NCBI GenBank assembly: GCA_016748015.1
Contig: JAAOMT010000590.1
Location: forward strand, 124,001-188,000
Direction of reading: 5' to 3'
Length of the DNA stretch: 64,000 bases
Origin: Geosiphon pyriformis uo1
Taxonomy: Eukaryota > Fungi > Glomeromycota
In this document: positions 39,100-52,604 of the stretch, one piece after another
Layout: each line of letters begins with the position of its first letter
How positions within the stretch are numbered: the first letter of the stretch is position 1
Made by a program: the position numbers and the translations under genes
Notes under the pieces: generated by a model
What the model was told of the DNA's origin: nothing
Seen by the model: the letters and a program-made list of their open reading frames with translations, nothing else
Databases searched by the model: none

Positions 39100-39750
39100 T
39101 AGACTTCAAGAAAACTCGCTTATCTCAATATCTTTTTCTTGTCATCTTCCTCATTATTTTCATTTCCGTTATCATTACCTAATTTCTTCTCGGGGATATA
39201 TTGAGCATCAAGATTTTTTTCAATAAATAATTGTTAAAACCTTTAGTCTATCGGGAGTATCGGTGACATTATCTAAAAATCATTTTTGGAACAAATTTTT
39301 TATTGGAATTTCTTTGCTCATAAGCTATCCCCGAGATTTGAAGATCTTTTTTTTTGTTAACGGACGCTAAATTCCTTCTTGCTCAGCATACTTTTAAGCT
39401 CATTAAAAGGATTAAAATAACAATTTACGTTAACCAAGATTAAGAATATTTATTTGAATAGATAGAAGTAGTCAAATGACAAATATCTTTTTACCTTAAA
39501 GACAATTGCTATGAGATGTGTATAATAACTACCGTCACATGTAGTGCAAAGCAGCGGAACTCGTGTGATCTTCACAGTTAACTCACTAATGGCCCTATCT
39601 GTAGTGCGTGGAAAACTACCCCTTTTTTTCGTTATATTAAATGCAATGGCGATTGTTTTTGATATTTGATTGTGGTCTTTATCCATAAAAAATGAATAAA
39701 TTGTACATGTAAAATTCAAGAGTATGATTGTCAAAATTCCCATTTTCCAT
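39100..39750 (-). pseudogene. Possible degenerate two-exon gene of unknown function
   Basis: Locally higher GC, a 97-aa ORF with an internal GT donor (VFK|GTAAAA) and a downstream acidic stretch GNDNGNENNEEDDKKK. No recognisable family. Confidence 0.25.
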
Positions 39751-39899
39751 ATTTAATAATATCATTTAAACAAAACTTTTATACCAAATAAACTTGCATA
39801 TTTCTGACTTAAAAAAAAATTCTGAAGCATATTTAACTTTTATGTAGGTTTCTAAATATGTTGATTATATGAAATTTGTAATAATTACAGAGCCAGTAT

Positions 39900-42862
39900 A
39901 ATTATTAAAATTTTATAAAAACAACAATAAAAAAAAGATGAGTTCTGGTTTTTTTAAATAGAATATGTGGAACTTTTCTTATTGTACTATTAATTAAATT
40001 TGTTTTTATACATAAATCAATCTAGGCATAATACATGCATCTTTAAACATTAATAATTAGGCTGTAAATCTTTTTGCAATTATAAAATTCTTAAATGTTT
40101 TATTATCATTAAAAATAAATAAATTTTAATAATAAAATGTATTTATAATAACTGCTTTTTAATAATTTTAATATAAATTTTTATTACATAATTATAATAA
40201 ATAATTTTTAAATTAATTCTGTTTAATATTAAGTTAATATTTTATTATAATTAATATTTTTTCTTATTAATTTTTATAATATTTATTAATTACTAATATT
40301 TTATACTTGGCTATTTTATTTTTAGAATTTGCTATTAACTTGATTATTGATTTAATTCTCAATTTGATTCTAAATTTGATTATTGACTTAATTGTTAATT
40401 TAACCATTAATTTGATTATTGACTTAATTGTTAATTTAACCATTAATTTAATTATTAACTTAGCTATTTATTTATTTTAATAATTATGTAAGCAAAGAAT
40501 ATTAAAGCTGTAAAAAGTATTTTAAAATTATTTAAGCAATAAACCTTAATTTAATTTTATGTATTAAATATTTTTTTTATTTTTTATTTCAATTTAAATA
40601 TTTTAAAATAAAAAATTAAAATATTTTTTTAAAGTTGTATTTATTAGATTAAAATAAAAATAATAAATATTTGTTATTATATTTTAAAAACTGTTAAAAT
40701 TATAATAGTTGTTATAACTTTTATTAAAAATTACAAAAAAATTTTAAAAATTTTATTATTAATAAATAAACTTAATTATTATTTATTACAATACAACAAA
40801 ATATATATTATAAAATAAATATAATCTATGCATTTTTTATATACTAATTACTTAGACCAATTAAGAAAATATTACATATTTAATTTAATCAAATTATTTT
40901 TGGCCAAGTTTAAAAAAAACAAATAAATTTTTTTAAAACCAAAATAAATTGAATAAATCTTAATTATATTCAAATTATATATTATATTCTTAATATTAAT
41001 CATTATAAAAATTTTTATATTAATAAAAAATAAGCTATTAATAAATATTAGGTTTTTTTTATATTTAATTTTTAATTTATCTTTAAATATGTTAATTTTT
41101 TTTATATATAATAAAAAATTTTTTTAAAAAGTTAATTAACTTAAAATTTCTTATTTTTAATATATTAAATTACACTACTTTTTTTTAATTATAATTAATA
41201 ATTTTTTACACATAATTTATAAATATAAAATTTTAATTAATTAATTTTAAAATTAAGTATTTTAATAATTAAACTTTTTTAAGTAATAAAAATAAAAATT
41301 AATAACTAGTTTTTAACTATTATTTTTTAATTTATTACTTAATATTTGAAATATTATTTATTTGTTTTTATATTATTTATACTAATAAATAAACTAAAAA
41401 TAATAATAATAATTTTATTATAAAAATTAATAATATTATAATAAAAAATATTAACTCAATAATTAATAAACTATGATTTAATAATACATAAATAATTAAT
41501 TATACTAGTTTTTTAATTAGTTAATTAAATTTAACAAACTTTTTAAATATAATTAAATTTATAATAATAACTATAAATACAATTTTTTTTTTATTGTTAT
41601 TGTGATTAAATTGGTTGTTATAATTATAATTATTATATTTAAAAATTAGTTTAATTCTTTTATTATTTATTATTGTAATAATTAATATATATTTGTATTT
41701 TTAGCAAAATATTTATCAATTTTTTAAATTAGTTTTTTACTTAATTAACTAATTTTTGTATTAAAATTGGCTGTTTTACTTATAATCAAGTTAAAAATTT
41801 GGTTATTATTTGGTTTTTGTTTTATAGATTCAAAATTTTTGGCAAAAATTATAGTAATTTATAATTTATTTAAGCATTAAAATCAGATTTGTTGTAAGAT
41901 ACTGTTTTTTAATTTTTTTATAAATTAGTTAAAAATTTAAATAATAATATAATAATTGTTTTTAATAGCTTAAATTTGTTTAAATAAATAATAAAACTTT
42001 ATTATTTTTTTGTTTAATAATACTTAATTTATTTTATAGTTTAATAAACATATTTAAATATTAAAAATATTAAAAAAAAGCAGTTTTAAAAACAATAAAA
42101 TTAATAAATATTGTTTTTTTTTAAATAGTCAAAATTTAAAACCAAAAATTAATTTTTTAATTTTTTAAATTTTTAAATTTGTTTATAATTTAAAATTTAA
42201 CCTAATTTTTTAATAATAATAAATACTAAATTATTTATTTTTTTAAGATAATTTTATTATATTAATTTGTTTTACAAAATTATTTATTTATTATATATTA
42301 CAAGTAATAATTTTTTATATTAAAATTAATTATTAAAATAATATTTTATTAAAAAAATTATAAGTAATTATGTTTATTAATAAAATATAAAAATGAATTT
42401 AATATTAGTTTTTTAATTTTTATGTTTTTTTGTTTTTATTAGTTTTTATTATATATATTAAATTTTTATTAATTATAACAAATTACTTAAAAGTCATTAA
42501 TTTAATAATTTTATAATTGGCAAATTTTATTATAATTTAATTAATATTATTTTATTAAACTTAAAAAGTTAACTTTACAGCTATTTTAAACATATTAACA
42601 AATATTTTTTAATAATTATCTTTTAATTTATATTTATATTTACATATTTTAAATTAATATTTGTAATAATATTATTTTTACAATTTTATAGTTTTGTTTA
42701 AGCCTAATTCAAATATAAACATAAATTAAATAATTTTTTAGAATTTTAAAAGTTCTCTTTTATAAAATTATCAACTTGACAAAAAAATTTTAACAAATTT
42801 TAAATTTTTTTAAAAAAAAATTATTTTAAACAAATTAATTAAAAAAGAAAAAAAATCAAGAA

Positions 42863-42893
<31 letters not shown>

Positions 42894-43186
42894 TTTAATA
42901 ATATTTAAATTTTATTTAATCAAGTTTAAAAAAAAGTTTAACCAATATTATTAAAAAGGTTATCTAATTGTTAAAATGTTTATTATTGCAAAAAATACAA
43001 CATTAAAATTAATTTATTAAAATAAAACCAAACATTAATGATGTTAATAAACAAAATAGATTTAAATAATGTTTTTTTTTGAATTGCACAACAAAGCTTT
43101 TTTATTATTATAAATAATTAATATATAAAAAGTTTATTTTAATTTAAATATATATATGATTATTTAAATTTTTTATCAATTTTTTA

Positions 43187-43200
<14 letters not shown>
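39900..43200. mobile_element. Extremely AT-rich, heavily decayed TE relic (possibly LINE ORF1/endonuclease) between the two fasciclin genes
   Basis: Almost no C/G and no ORFs, with sharp compositional boundaries against the flanking gene-rich DNA. Identity inferred only. Confidence 0.35.
40375..40464. repeat. 36-bp tandem repeat (2 exact copies plus partial), underlying 12-bp period
   Basis: TTTGATTATTGACTTAATTGTTAATTTAACCATTAA at 40375-40410 and 40411-40446. Confidence 0.85.

Positions 43201-43221
<21 letters not shown>
43190..43221. repeat. (TA)n microsatellite
   Basis: Visible TA run. Confidence 0.9.
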
Positions 43222-43224
<3 letters not shown>

Positions 43225-44037
43225 TTCAAGATTATAAAATCATTTTTTCAGCTGAAAAAAAATATATTTAAAACATTTATTAGTTGTAGTTTTTTGTGTT
43301 AAAAGCTTAAAACATGTTATAATAAAGTGTATATATAGAGAAGATTGTTGTAAAAATGATATTAATAGGATTGAGCCAAGACTGAATTATGAGAAAAAAA
43401 ACGGGCCCTACAAAAAGAATGATTAATAGTCTCTTTCGTTGACTATTTCAAGTGCCAAGGGTAATATGTTCAAGACTTGAGAGACCTTATAATTGCTTCC
43501 TATTTCAAAAATTGGTGCCCTGATGGTTTCAAAGTTTCTAAAGTAACTATTATTTTATCGAGAACCGGACAATATCGAAAATAACCTTTTATATACATTG
43601 CCAGTGACACTTTTATTCGCTTGAAATTATCGATATTAAAATTTTTGGTAATTTACCAAATGTTTTCATTAAAAGTTTTGGATTTTGTAAGTCGTAACTA
43701 ATTTTATTAGTCAGTGAGGAGATAAGTAACATAATTTCAAGATAGTGAAATAAATTCCTCGTACAAGATATGATGAAAAAGCTGTCATTTGTAGAAATTA
43801 TCAAATTGGTTTACTAGTTATTGAACTAAAAGTACAAATTAATTTTTCTTTTACCCTTGAAAAATTAAATATTTTAGGGAAACATTGAACTTAATTTGTG
43901 ATTAATGTGATGTAATATAAAGAGAAAGTGAAATGGTACATGTTTAAATTTCGAAAATTGTGTTAAACTAAAGAATAGGTGGGTATCATGATATCTAATC
44001 AATTATTATCTAACCAATCAAAAAGTAAAAATAGAAT

Positions 44038-45230
44038 TTAAAAAAGTAAATGACCAGCAAAAGTAATAACGAATGAACCAAACAAAAGACCCATTGAAAC
44101 AATAGAAACAGGATTAGAACTATTAGAACTATTAGAACTATTAGAACCATTCTCGCTAGTAGTCTGATTTGTTATACTATTGTCTTTGACAGCTTCTCCA
44201 CTTCCTTTAGTAATAACTTTAGTAATCACATGTACGACACCATTAGAAGTCAGAACATCAGTCAGGCTAACTGGACTACCATTAACGGTCACGATATTTT
44301 TTTCAGAGACACTAATCTTTAAAGTTTCATTCTTGTCACCCAATGATTGAAAAACATCACCCTCTTTTAAGTCGGTCGAGTATAGGATTCTATTAATTAC
44401 ATGAATTTTCAAAATACCAGCGAGTTGAGTTGAATTTAAAGTGTCGGCTTTAGCGTCTTTGAAGGCTTCATTTGTCGGCGCGAAAATTGTTACACCTTTT
44501 AGACCATCAACTGTTGTGGTGAGGTTAGCGATTTTTAAAGCATTAACGAGCTCTGATAAACCATTATCTTGGGCTACTTTTGAGGGAGGTGATGGTGGTA
44601 CCAAGACTATGTTATAAATGTATTAAATGGTGGTAGTAGTGATTAATAAAAAATTTTCATTAGAGAAATTAGTTAAAGATGAATCAAATTTTTTTCATTG
44701 AAAAATTAATAATTACCGGTATCAATGATATGAATAACACCATTAGTAGCAGATACATCAGCCTTGATAATTTTTGCGTTATTGACTAATATACCATTGG
44801 AGGTAGAATTGATCTTAACTTCTTGATATTGGTTAGTTGATAAATTAACCAAGGTATCATTCAGTAAAGTTGGAACCAAAGTAATAGTATCTTTTTTAAA
44901 GTCTTTTGAAGTGTACTTTTTAGCTACAACATGATATTTCAATACTGCCGATACCAGAGTCTTGTTATTTCCATCGAAACCAGAAGCAGTAATTGCTTTA
45001 AAAGCATTATCGTTAGGGGCGAAGACTGTATAATTTCCATCACTACTTAATAATTTTGCGAACTGTTCATAGCCAGGTGAGTTAAGAATAGTGTTAAGGA
45101 ATGAAAGGGATGGTTCATTTTTAGCTATTTCAGCGATATTATTGGCTTTTAAAGTCGGTACTGAACCGAGTATAATGAGATAAGCAAATGTTGCCGCGGT
45201 AGTAAGGGATGAAATGGATTTTAAAAACAT
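44038..45230 (-). CDS. Fasciclin (2x FAS1) cell-surface protein, signal peptide and probable GPI anchor, ~360 aa (paralog B)
   Basis: Exons 45230-44717 and 44606-44038 (phase-1 intron at the same position as paralog A) give 361 codons. Motifs YTVFAPNDNAF, LKYHVV, ATNGVIHIIDTVLVPP, VTIFAPTNEAF, SNGVVHVITKVI. (SNS)n stalk and hydrophobic C-terminus. Confidence 0.95.
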
Positions 45231-45301
45231 AATGAAAATTTTTTTATAATTCGTAAAAATTTAGATTGGAAAAAAGAATAAAATTAATTATTATTTCTCT
45301 A

Positions 45302-45340
45302 AGAGAGAGAGAGTGACAGAAAGAGAGAGAGAGAGAGAGA
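45302..45340. repeat. (GA)n microsatellite in the 5' region of fasciclin B
   Basis: Interrupted GA run ~70-110 bp upstream of the ATG. Confidence 0.85.
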
Positions 45341-46475
45341 TTGAAAATTAGATAATTGTCAAAATTTCAAATATCTTTTTACGAAAATTTCTTTTGCCAG
45401 TAATATCTTCTTTATATAGTTGCAATAAATCATAGAATTCAATAGAAAAAGGTGGATTTATAATCCAAACTTTCTAAACAATCGATAAAAATATACAAGA
45501 TTTTACGATTTCGACAGTGAATAGAAAAGCGGAGAAAAAGAAGAATAGATTCAAGTGGTAGAAATATTAATTTGATAAACATTTTATTATTACTTTTGTG
45601 TTCCAAAACTAACTAATTTATCTTTGATAAAACTAGTAAAATACCGATGATGACAATAAAGTTGGCGTCAATCAGAGTTTAGATTAAGCAAGAATTTATA
45701 TTCTAATTAGCACCTTTTTACAAAATCGAATACTTTTTGATGTAAATCTTCATTAACTTAAAAAATAAAGTTTTAAAGAAAAAAGGTCATAATTTATCCT
45801 ATTCTGGTTATCAACAAAAATTCGAAATTTATAAAGTTGACCAAAAAAGTTTATCGTTATTTAAAATTAGTCTGACTAACCCGTTTTTAATATCCCATTA
45901 AAGGAAGAAAGGGGGAGGGGGGAGTTCGATATTCAGAATTGTTTTAAGTTTCACATACATGTTACTCAAAATCTGAACTAAACCTTTTTCGGTTTTTTAG
46001 AGAGAGAAATCTATTAAAAAATAAAACTGACACTATTACTAGAGAGATAAATTATCTGATTTTCCTGATATATATATATTTAAGAATAAATTTTTTTTTT
46101 CTTTTACACAACTAGTTGTTCTTTCCTTAATCGAAAAATTAGGCAAAAAAAATATATTTGTAATTACAAATTATATAACATCAATTTCGAATTTTCCGAT
46201 TCACCCAAGTATGGGTACAATTCTCCCCATTTATCATTTATCATTTTTTTCGATCCTGAAATTATTTAACATTAGAAAATTCTACGAATACATTGTATTC
46301 TTGTGTGTTAAATGTCGGGATAAGGTATCAACCGTAAAAGATAAATATTAAAATGTATAATTTAGAAAGTTCATCGGTTTGTTTTTCTCGATTCGGAGGG
46401 AAAGTGATTTTTCAACAAACAATGATAACCCCGATTTGCACATTCGTCCTCATTATTATTATTTTTTGATCGATC

Positions 46476-46477
<2 letters not shown>

Positions 46478-46522
<45 letters not shown>
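46478..46522. repeat. Poly-T tract (~45 nt)
   Basis: Uninterrupted T run. Confidence 0.9.
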
Positions 46523-46529
<7 letters not shown>

Positions 46530-47379
46530 CAACTTTTGAATTTCTCGGGGGTTTTTTTTCAATGATGATAATGATTATTAATTTTATTATTGTGTTAAAA
46601 AATATTCTTGTTTCCCAAATTTCTCTTTCTCATTCATTAAATAAGAGAAAGAAAAAGGATTAATCAAAATTTCTAACAATCATTTTTCAATTTCCCAAGC
46701 AAAGAATATTTAAATATTAAAAACCAGATGAAGTGAATAACATAAGTAAAAGTTGATTATTATTATTATTATTATTATTATTAAGATTGTCTTTTTTACC
46801 TCCAATTAGTATAAAAAATAATTGAATAAAATATAAATGAGATATTTAATTCAATTCAATTCAATTCAATTAAAATCTTTGGATTTGACAATTTTTATTT
46901 GGAGATTTTCGTCTTGTCAAAGAGTTGATAGATTTTATTTTTTCCTTGTGGAAAAGAAATTTATTTTTATTAGAAATCATTTTCTGTTTATTTTTAATAG
47001 ATATACATTGATTTTCAATTCAATTCAATTCAATTCAATTACTGTTACCATACTGAATCAAAATTTTTTCTAAAGAAATTTTTTATTGCTATACTGATAT
47101 CAGATTTCGTAATTTACCATTTTTTTTTCATGAATATTGTCAAGAATAAATAGTTAAACCAAATAAAGATTTTCACAACATATTAATCATGAATAGATAA
47201 AAAAATTTCGTTACTTGGACATGAATAGATAAAAAAAAAACTTTCCTTTACTTAGACATGAATGAGATTTTTTAAGGTAATCAATTCATGATTTGATGAA
47301 ACATATTGGGATCTGAGGGTTGAAAGACTCATGTTTCATTGCAGATGTCAATTTATTATTTATTATTTATTATTATTTT

Positions 47380-47381
<2 letters not shown>

Positions 47382-47456
<75 letters not shown>
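47382..47456. repeat. (ATT)n microsatellite (~25 units)
   Basis: Perfect ATT run. Confidence 0.9.
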
Positions 47457-47458
<2 letters not shown>

Positions 47459-49379
47459 GTAAATTTTTTAAAATTAGAAAAAGATGGTTGATACAGGTAA
47501 TTTTAACTGCTATTAGCATATGTTTATAAAATATTATTCCCGAAAATTGTCGGGTTCTCTGTAAAATAATACCTACTTTAGAAACTTTTAAAACCTAAAT
47601 CGCATAGCCCTGATATCATCATTACACCAATTTTCGAAATAGGATATGAATCAATAATAGAGCCTGTAAGAGAAAATTCAAGTTTTAAAACGTGTTAAAC
47701 TTGACACTTGAGATAATCAATGATAAATATTTTTTTGGAAGACTTTATGTTTAGGATAAGTTTATCAAAGCACTACTAACCATTCTTTTTGTAAATAACA
47801 GCAAACAAATTATCCAGGTTTTCTGCAGAAAGTAACTGGATTATAAAAATTTTATTATTCGGAATGAAAAGAGAACGTTAAAAGGATATCGAAAGAACCT
47901 TTTATGAAAAAAGTAAATATTATACAGCACTTTATATTTCCCCCCCCCCTTCCCCACCGCAAAATAGTTAGAAAGTTTATTAATTTTAAGCTATTTTAAA
48001 CTTAATCTCAAGAATCTATTTAATTTTTATTCAATTAAAATTTATTATTTAACTATTTTACATTGTCAAATTTTAAAATAATTTGATTTTTTTGATTTTT
48101 TAAACTTGAAATTTTAATTCTACTTGTTAATTACACATAATAAAAAAATAAAATTTAATAATTAAAACAACAATAATAATAATAATACTAATTTTTTATT
48201 CAAAACAATATGTAAACTAATTATTATAATGCAAAAAAAAAATTATAAACTATTTTTAAATTTTAAATTGTGTTAATAAAAATATATGTTTAAATTTTTA
48301 AAAATATAACAAATTTAATTGTTATTAGATTAAATTATTAGATTAAATTATTAAATTAAATATGTTTGTTTTAAATTTAATTTTTTTTATTAATAATTTT
48401 AATATCATACTATAAAATAATAATAATAATAATAATAATAAAAATAATAAGTTATTAAATTAGCATAAAATTATTTTAATAATTTAATTTGTATAAAAAA
48501 ACACAAATATAATTAATATAATAATTAGATTATACAATATTTCAAATTATATAACATTGAAATATTTACCAAAATATTTTAAAAATATTTAATAATTTCC
48601 TAAAATAATTTTAGATTTATTAAAATATTAACCAAAAAAAAATGTTAAAACTCGAAATAATATTATAATTAAATATATAAAAAAAAGAATTTCTCTTTAA
48701 AAAAATATATTCTATTAGATATAAAATTAGTTATTTTATTAAAAATTTTATATAAAAATTTTTTAAATATTTTTTTTAATAGAGTTTTTAATGTAAAAAC
48801 AAAATTTACTAATTTATAATAATATACTATTGTTTTTTAGAGCTGTTAAAACTGTTTTTATTTTTAATAATAAAATAAAATATTAAAATTTTTTGTAAAT
48901 TAAAAAAATATTATTGTTTTTTATAATATATATATAAAATTAAGTTTATAAATCTTTTATTTTTGTTGTATAACTTTTGAAATTAGCAAATTAATTTCTT
49001 AAATTAATAATTAAACTTGATTTTTTTTTAGTTTTCTAATAATTTTTAATAAAAATATATTATTATTATTTTTAAAAAACTTATAATTTTGTTATTATTA
49101 AAATTAATATTTTATAAAATATTATTTTTATAAATATTAATTGATAATTTGCTATAAAATAATTAATATTAAATATAAAAATATGACGTTTATTTAATTA
49201 GTAAAAAATTTTTAAGTATAAATACCAATTTTGGTTCTTATAATTATTATTAAACATGTAAAACTTACTTTTAAAAACTATTTTTTTGCTTATAAAAAAT
49301 ATAATATTACCTAATTTACACTATAGTTTTTATGCTTGTAATTATTAAGTACCTTTGTAATTAGAAAATAACAATACTA

Positions 49380-50150
49380 CTTTTTTATTTATCCTATAAC
49401 AACTCTATATATATGTTAACAATATGTTCAATCAATATTAATTTATTATAACAGTTATTCAAAATAAAAAAAAATTATTACAACCAAAATTTATTTGTAT
49501 TAATAAATTTTTCCAACTTTATCTTAAATAATTAATAATATATATTGTAATATTGTTGAAAAAAAAACAATATACTCTAAACTAACTGCTTTTAGTATTA
49601 ATAATAATAATATAGTTAAAAAACTATTAATTGGAGTTATATTCAGATTTATTTTTTTTAAGATTGAAAAAAATATAGTGATTGAAAAAAATATAATAGT
49701 TGTATTAACAATTAAGACTTTTGAAACTAATAACTTTATTTTATTTGTGTTAACAAAAAAGATCAAAGAACTTTAACACTATAATAAATAAATAATAATA
49801 CATTTATTTTTGATTTTTACAAAAGAAAAAATATATTGTAATATTATAAAAATCAATTAGCTAATAGTATTTAAAACAAAATTGGCATTATAATACATAT
49901 AGATAACACAATACTATTTAGTTATAAGTATTTATTGGTTCAACACATAATATTAAACAATAAGATACTTTTAAATCTTACTTATACTTTAAGTAAATAG
50001 ACTAATTTCTATAAAATAGAATATATATTCAAACAACAAATTAGAAGACACAAAATAGCAACAAATTTATTAATTAATTGGCAAAATATGTTTATACTTT
50101 AATAAATTAAGACAATTCAATAATAAAATTTTATTTTATACTTAATATAA
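49380..50150 (+). mobile_element. Very decayed coding relic, possibly a Crypton-type tyrosine recombinase
   Basis: Only faint ordered traces: YPITTLY.., NKKDQRTL (cf. KNDQGG), FIFDF, WHYNT, RRHK (cf. TGHKS). Weak assignment. Confidence 0.25.
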
Positions 50151-51423
50151 TATATTTATCTATCTATAAAATAAATAAATAAAAATTTTGTGCTTAAAGA
50201 ACAATATTAAGAGCATGTAAATACACTAATATAACACCATATCCTAGAAATAATAATGAAAAAAAGGTTTAGAATTAATTAGAAAATTATTATATAGTTA
50301 AAACTAAATATTTATATCTTAATTTACACAAAAATTTAATTATTATTAATAATTAAGAATAAAAAAATATTTTTTAGAACAGCTTTCAAAATGCTTTTAA
50401 ATTTAATAAATATAGTCTGAATAATAAAATTCAAATTTTATCTATTATAGTGAATTAATTTATTTATACAAAACTTTATAAGAAATTTCAAGTTAATTTG
50501 AAGAATTGAAAATAAAAAAACAAAAAAAAACTTATTACATATTATTATAATTAAATTGGTTTAAACACAATAAATCTTGTATAAAAACATAATTAATTAT
50601 ATAGATCTGATATATTACCAATTAAAAATTTAAAAAGAATTGTTTATAGAATAATTAAAATTAAAGAAACACAATTTTTAATCTTTTTTCAAGATAAAAA
50701 TAATGTTACACAGAGCTTATATCAAGTTAATACTAAAACTAAAGTTTTGATTTCTTATATATAAGATTAAAAAAAGACACTATAAACAAAATTCAAAGAA
50801 AAGTATTCAAATAAAATGTAATAAACTATTTTTATAACACATTTGCCAAATTGTACTTATATTTAATATTGTTAGAATTTGAGAGAATATTACATTATTT
50901 ACAATAAATATGGCTTTGAAATATTTAAAAATCTATTAGCTTTTTATAATAAATATTCATGATAAAAAAAGTTTTGATATGTTAATTTTAATGATAAATA
51001 AAAAAAAACTGATTAAATAAATTATAAACATAATATATTATTATCTAATAAAATTCCATAATATTACAAATTAAAAATCTGTTTTGCCATTTTAAAAAAA
51101 TTTTAAGCATCATTTATGTATTAAATCAAATAGAAAAGCATTATATAATAATTGTATTAATTATTGTTTATTATTTGCTTTTGAAAAATACTAATAATTG
51201 TATTGTTTACAATATTAAAATTTTTTTAAATTTTTTAAATTTTTTGATTTTATAAAAAAATGTATTAATAATATGTATTATCTATAATTATTAGAAATAC
51301 AGAAAAAACTAAAATACTTTTTTGCTTATTATGCTTAAAAATATTACTTAAATAAATAATATAAAGCCTTTTTAGCCAATTTCGACTTAGATGGTGTCAT
51401 TATGATTACAGACTATAAGATGC

Positions 51424-52604
51424 TATTACAAGTAATTATTTGAGATGTTAAAACAAATAACAAACTCTTAACTTGGTGCTTAATAGCTGGTAATATTGGT
51501 TATTTTTAAAAATTTTAGAGTTTAAAGGTTTTGATTAAGTTTTTTGTATAATAAACAGAGATTTAATTAATGATTTTTTTCATGATTTTTTTTTAGCATG
51601 GTAGCTAGTTTATTCTGACAATCATGCTTTTTTGGTAAACTATTTTTAAATTTTTACTTTTATTCTCAGGTTTTTTACTAAGCTATCTTTAACATTAAAT
51701 ATTTAGTGCTTAATTCTTTTAATCAATTAGTAAACAACAAAGAAACAAAACAAAAGAAAAATAAAATAAAATAAAAGAAAATAAGAAAAAAAAATAAGAA
51801 ATTAATATCCTGTTAATAATTATAATTAAGAGCTATTGGTCCAATGTGATTAAGTATTGAATTTTATTAACATAAAGTATTGATAGTAAATAAATAATTA
51901 ATATTTTTTAGTCAAGTAATAATAATATAAATTGAATAGTAATTAGAAATTTTATTAATATTGATAGATTTTCATTTCAATTTATAGAAAATTATCTTTT
52001 GAAGAAAAAGTAATAGAATTCTAAATTCTATTAAATTTTGAATACTTTTTTGCTTTTAATACTCTTATTATATATACATAATTTGTATTATATAGTATTT
52101 TTAAAAAATTCTACAATTTTCCAAAAAAATCTTGGAATTCTGCAATTTCTAAAGTAAATCCTGGAATTTTTTATTTTACTATGTTTATTTCTAATTGGCT
52201 ATTTTATCTATTATTATAATTGTTAATTTTTATGAATAATATTATTCTCTTTTTTTAATATTGAACTCTATCAAAATCTCCTAAATTTCCTAAATTTCTT
52301 TTTTGGATTAGCTTTATAACTTTTTTCTCAAGAATTACTTGGGCAATATTGGTTTGTAATTCTTCAAATTGAATATTGGTAATTTTTTCCAATTGGTTGA
52401 TGATTACCATGTTTATTGTTGAATGTAACAGAATTTCTGAATAGTCTTAAAACCCTGTTTGTAACTAGTATATTATTTGTGCTTATGTAAATAGATTGTT
52501 TTTTTTACAAATTGTTTAAATTGTTGTAATATTGTTGTACTAAACATCTATTTTGTTTTATCTGTATATAAGTTTTGAATATTGAGTTTTTCTCTCAAGT
52601 AATA
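51424..52604 (-). repeat. 3' LTR of Gypsy element 1 (~1.18 kb)
   Basis: Reverse-complement similarity to 59762-60762 (e.g. AAACAAATAACAAACTC.TAACTTGGTG.TTAATAGCT, AATCAATTAGTAAA and AAGAGCTATTGGT). Ends are decayed TGTTAC...GTAACA. Confidence 0.75.

Noticed and set aside
40375-40464. 36-bp direct repeats as a CRISPR-like array
   Set aside because: The copies are contiguous with no spacers, there are no cas genes, and the context is a eukaryotic TE relic.
46379-47529. Short hydrophobic ORFs (poly-Phe, poly-Leu) resembling membrane peptides
   Set aside because: Produced by the poly-T and (ATT)n microsatellites; no other coding signal.
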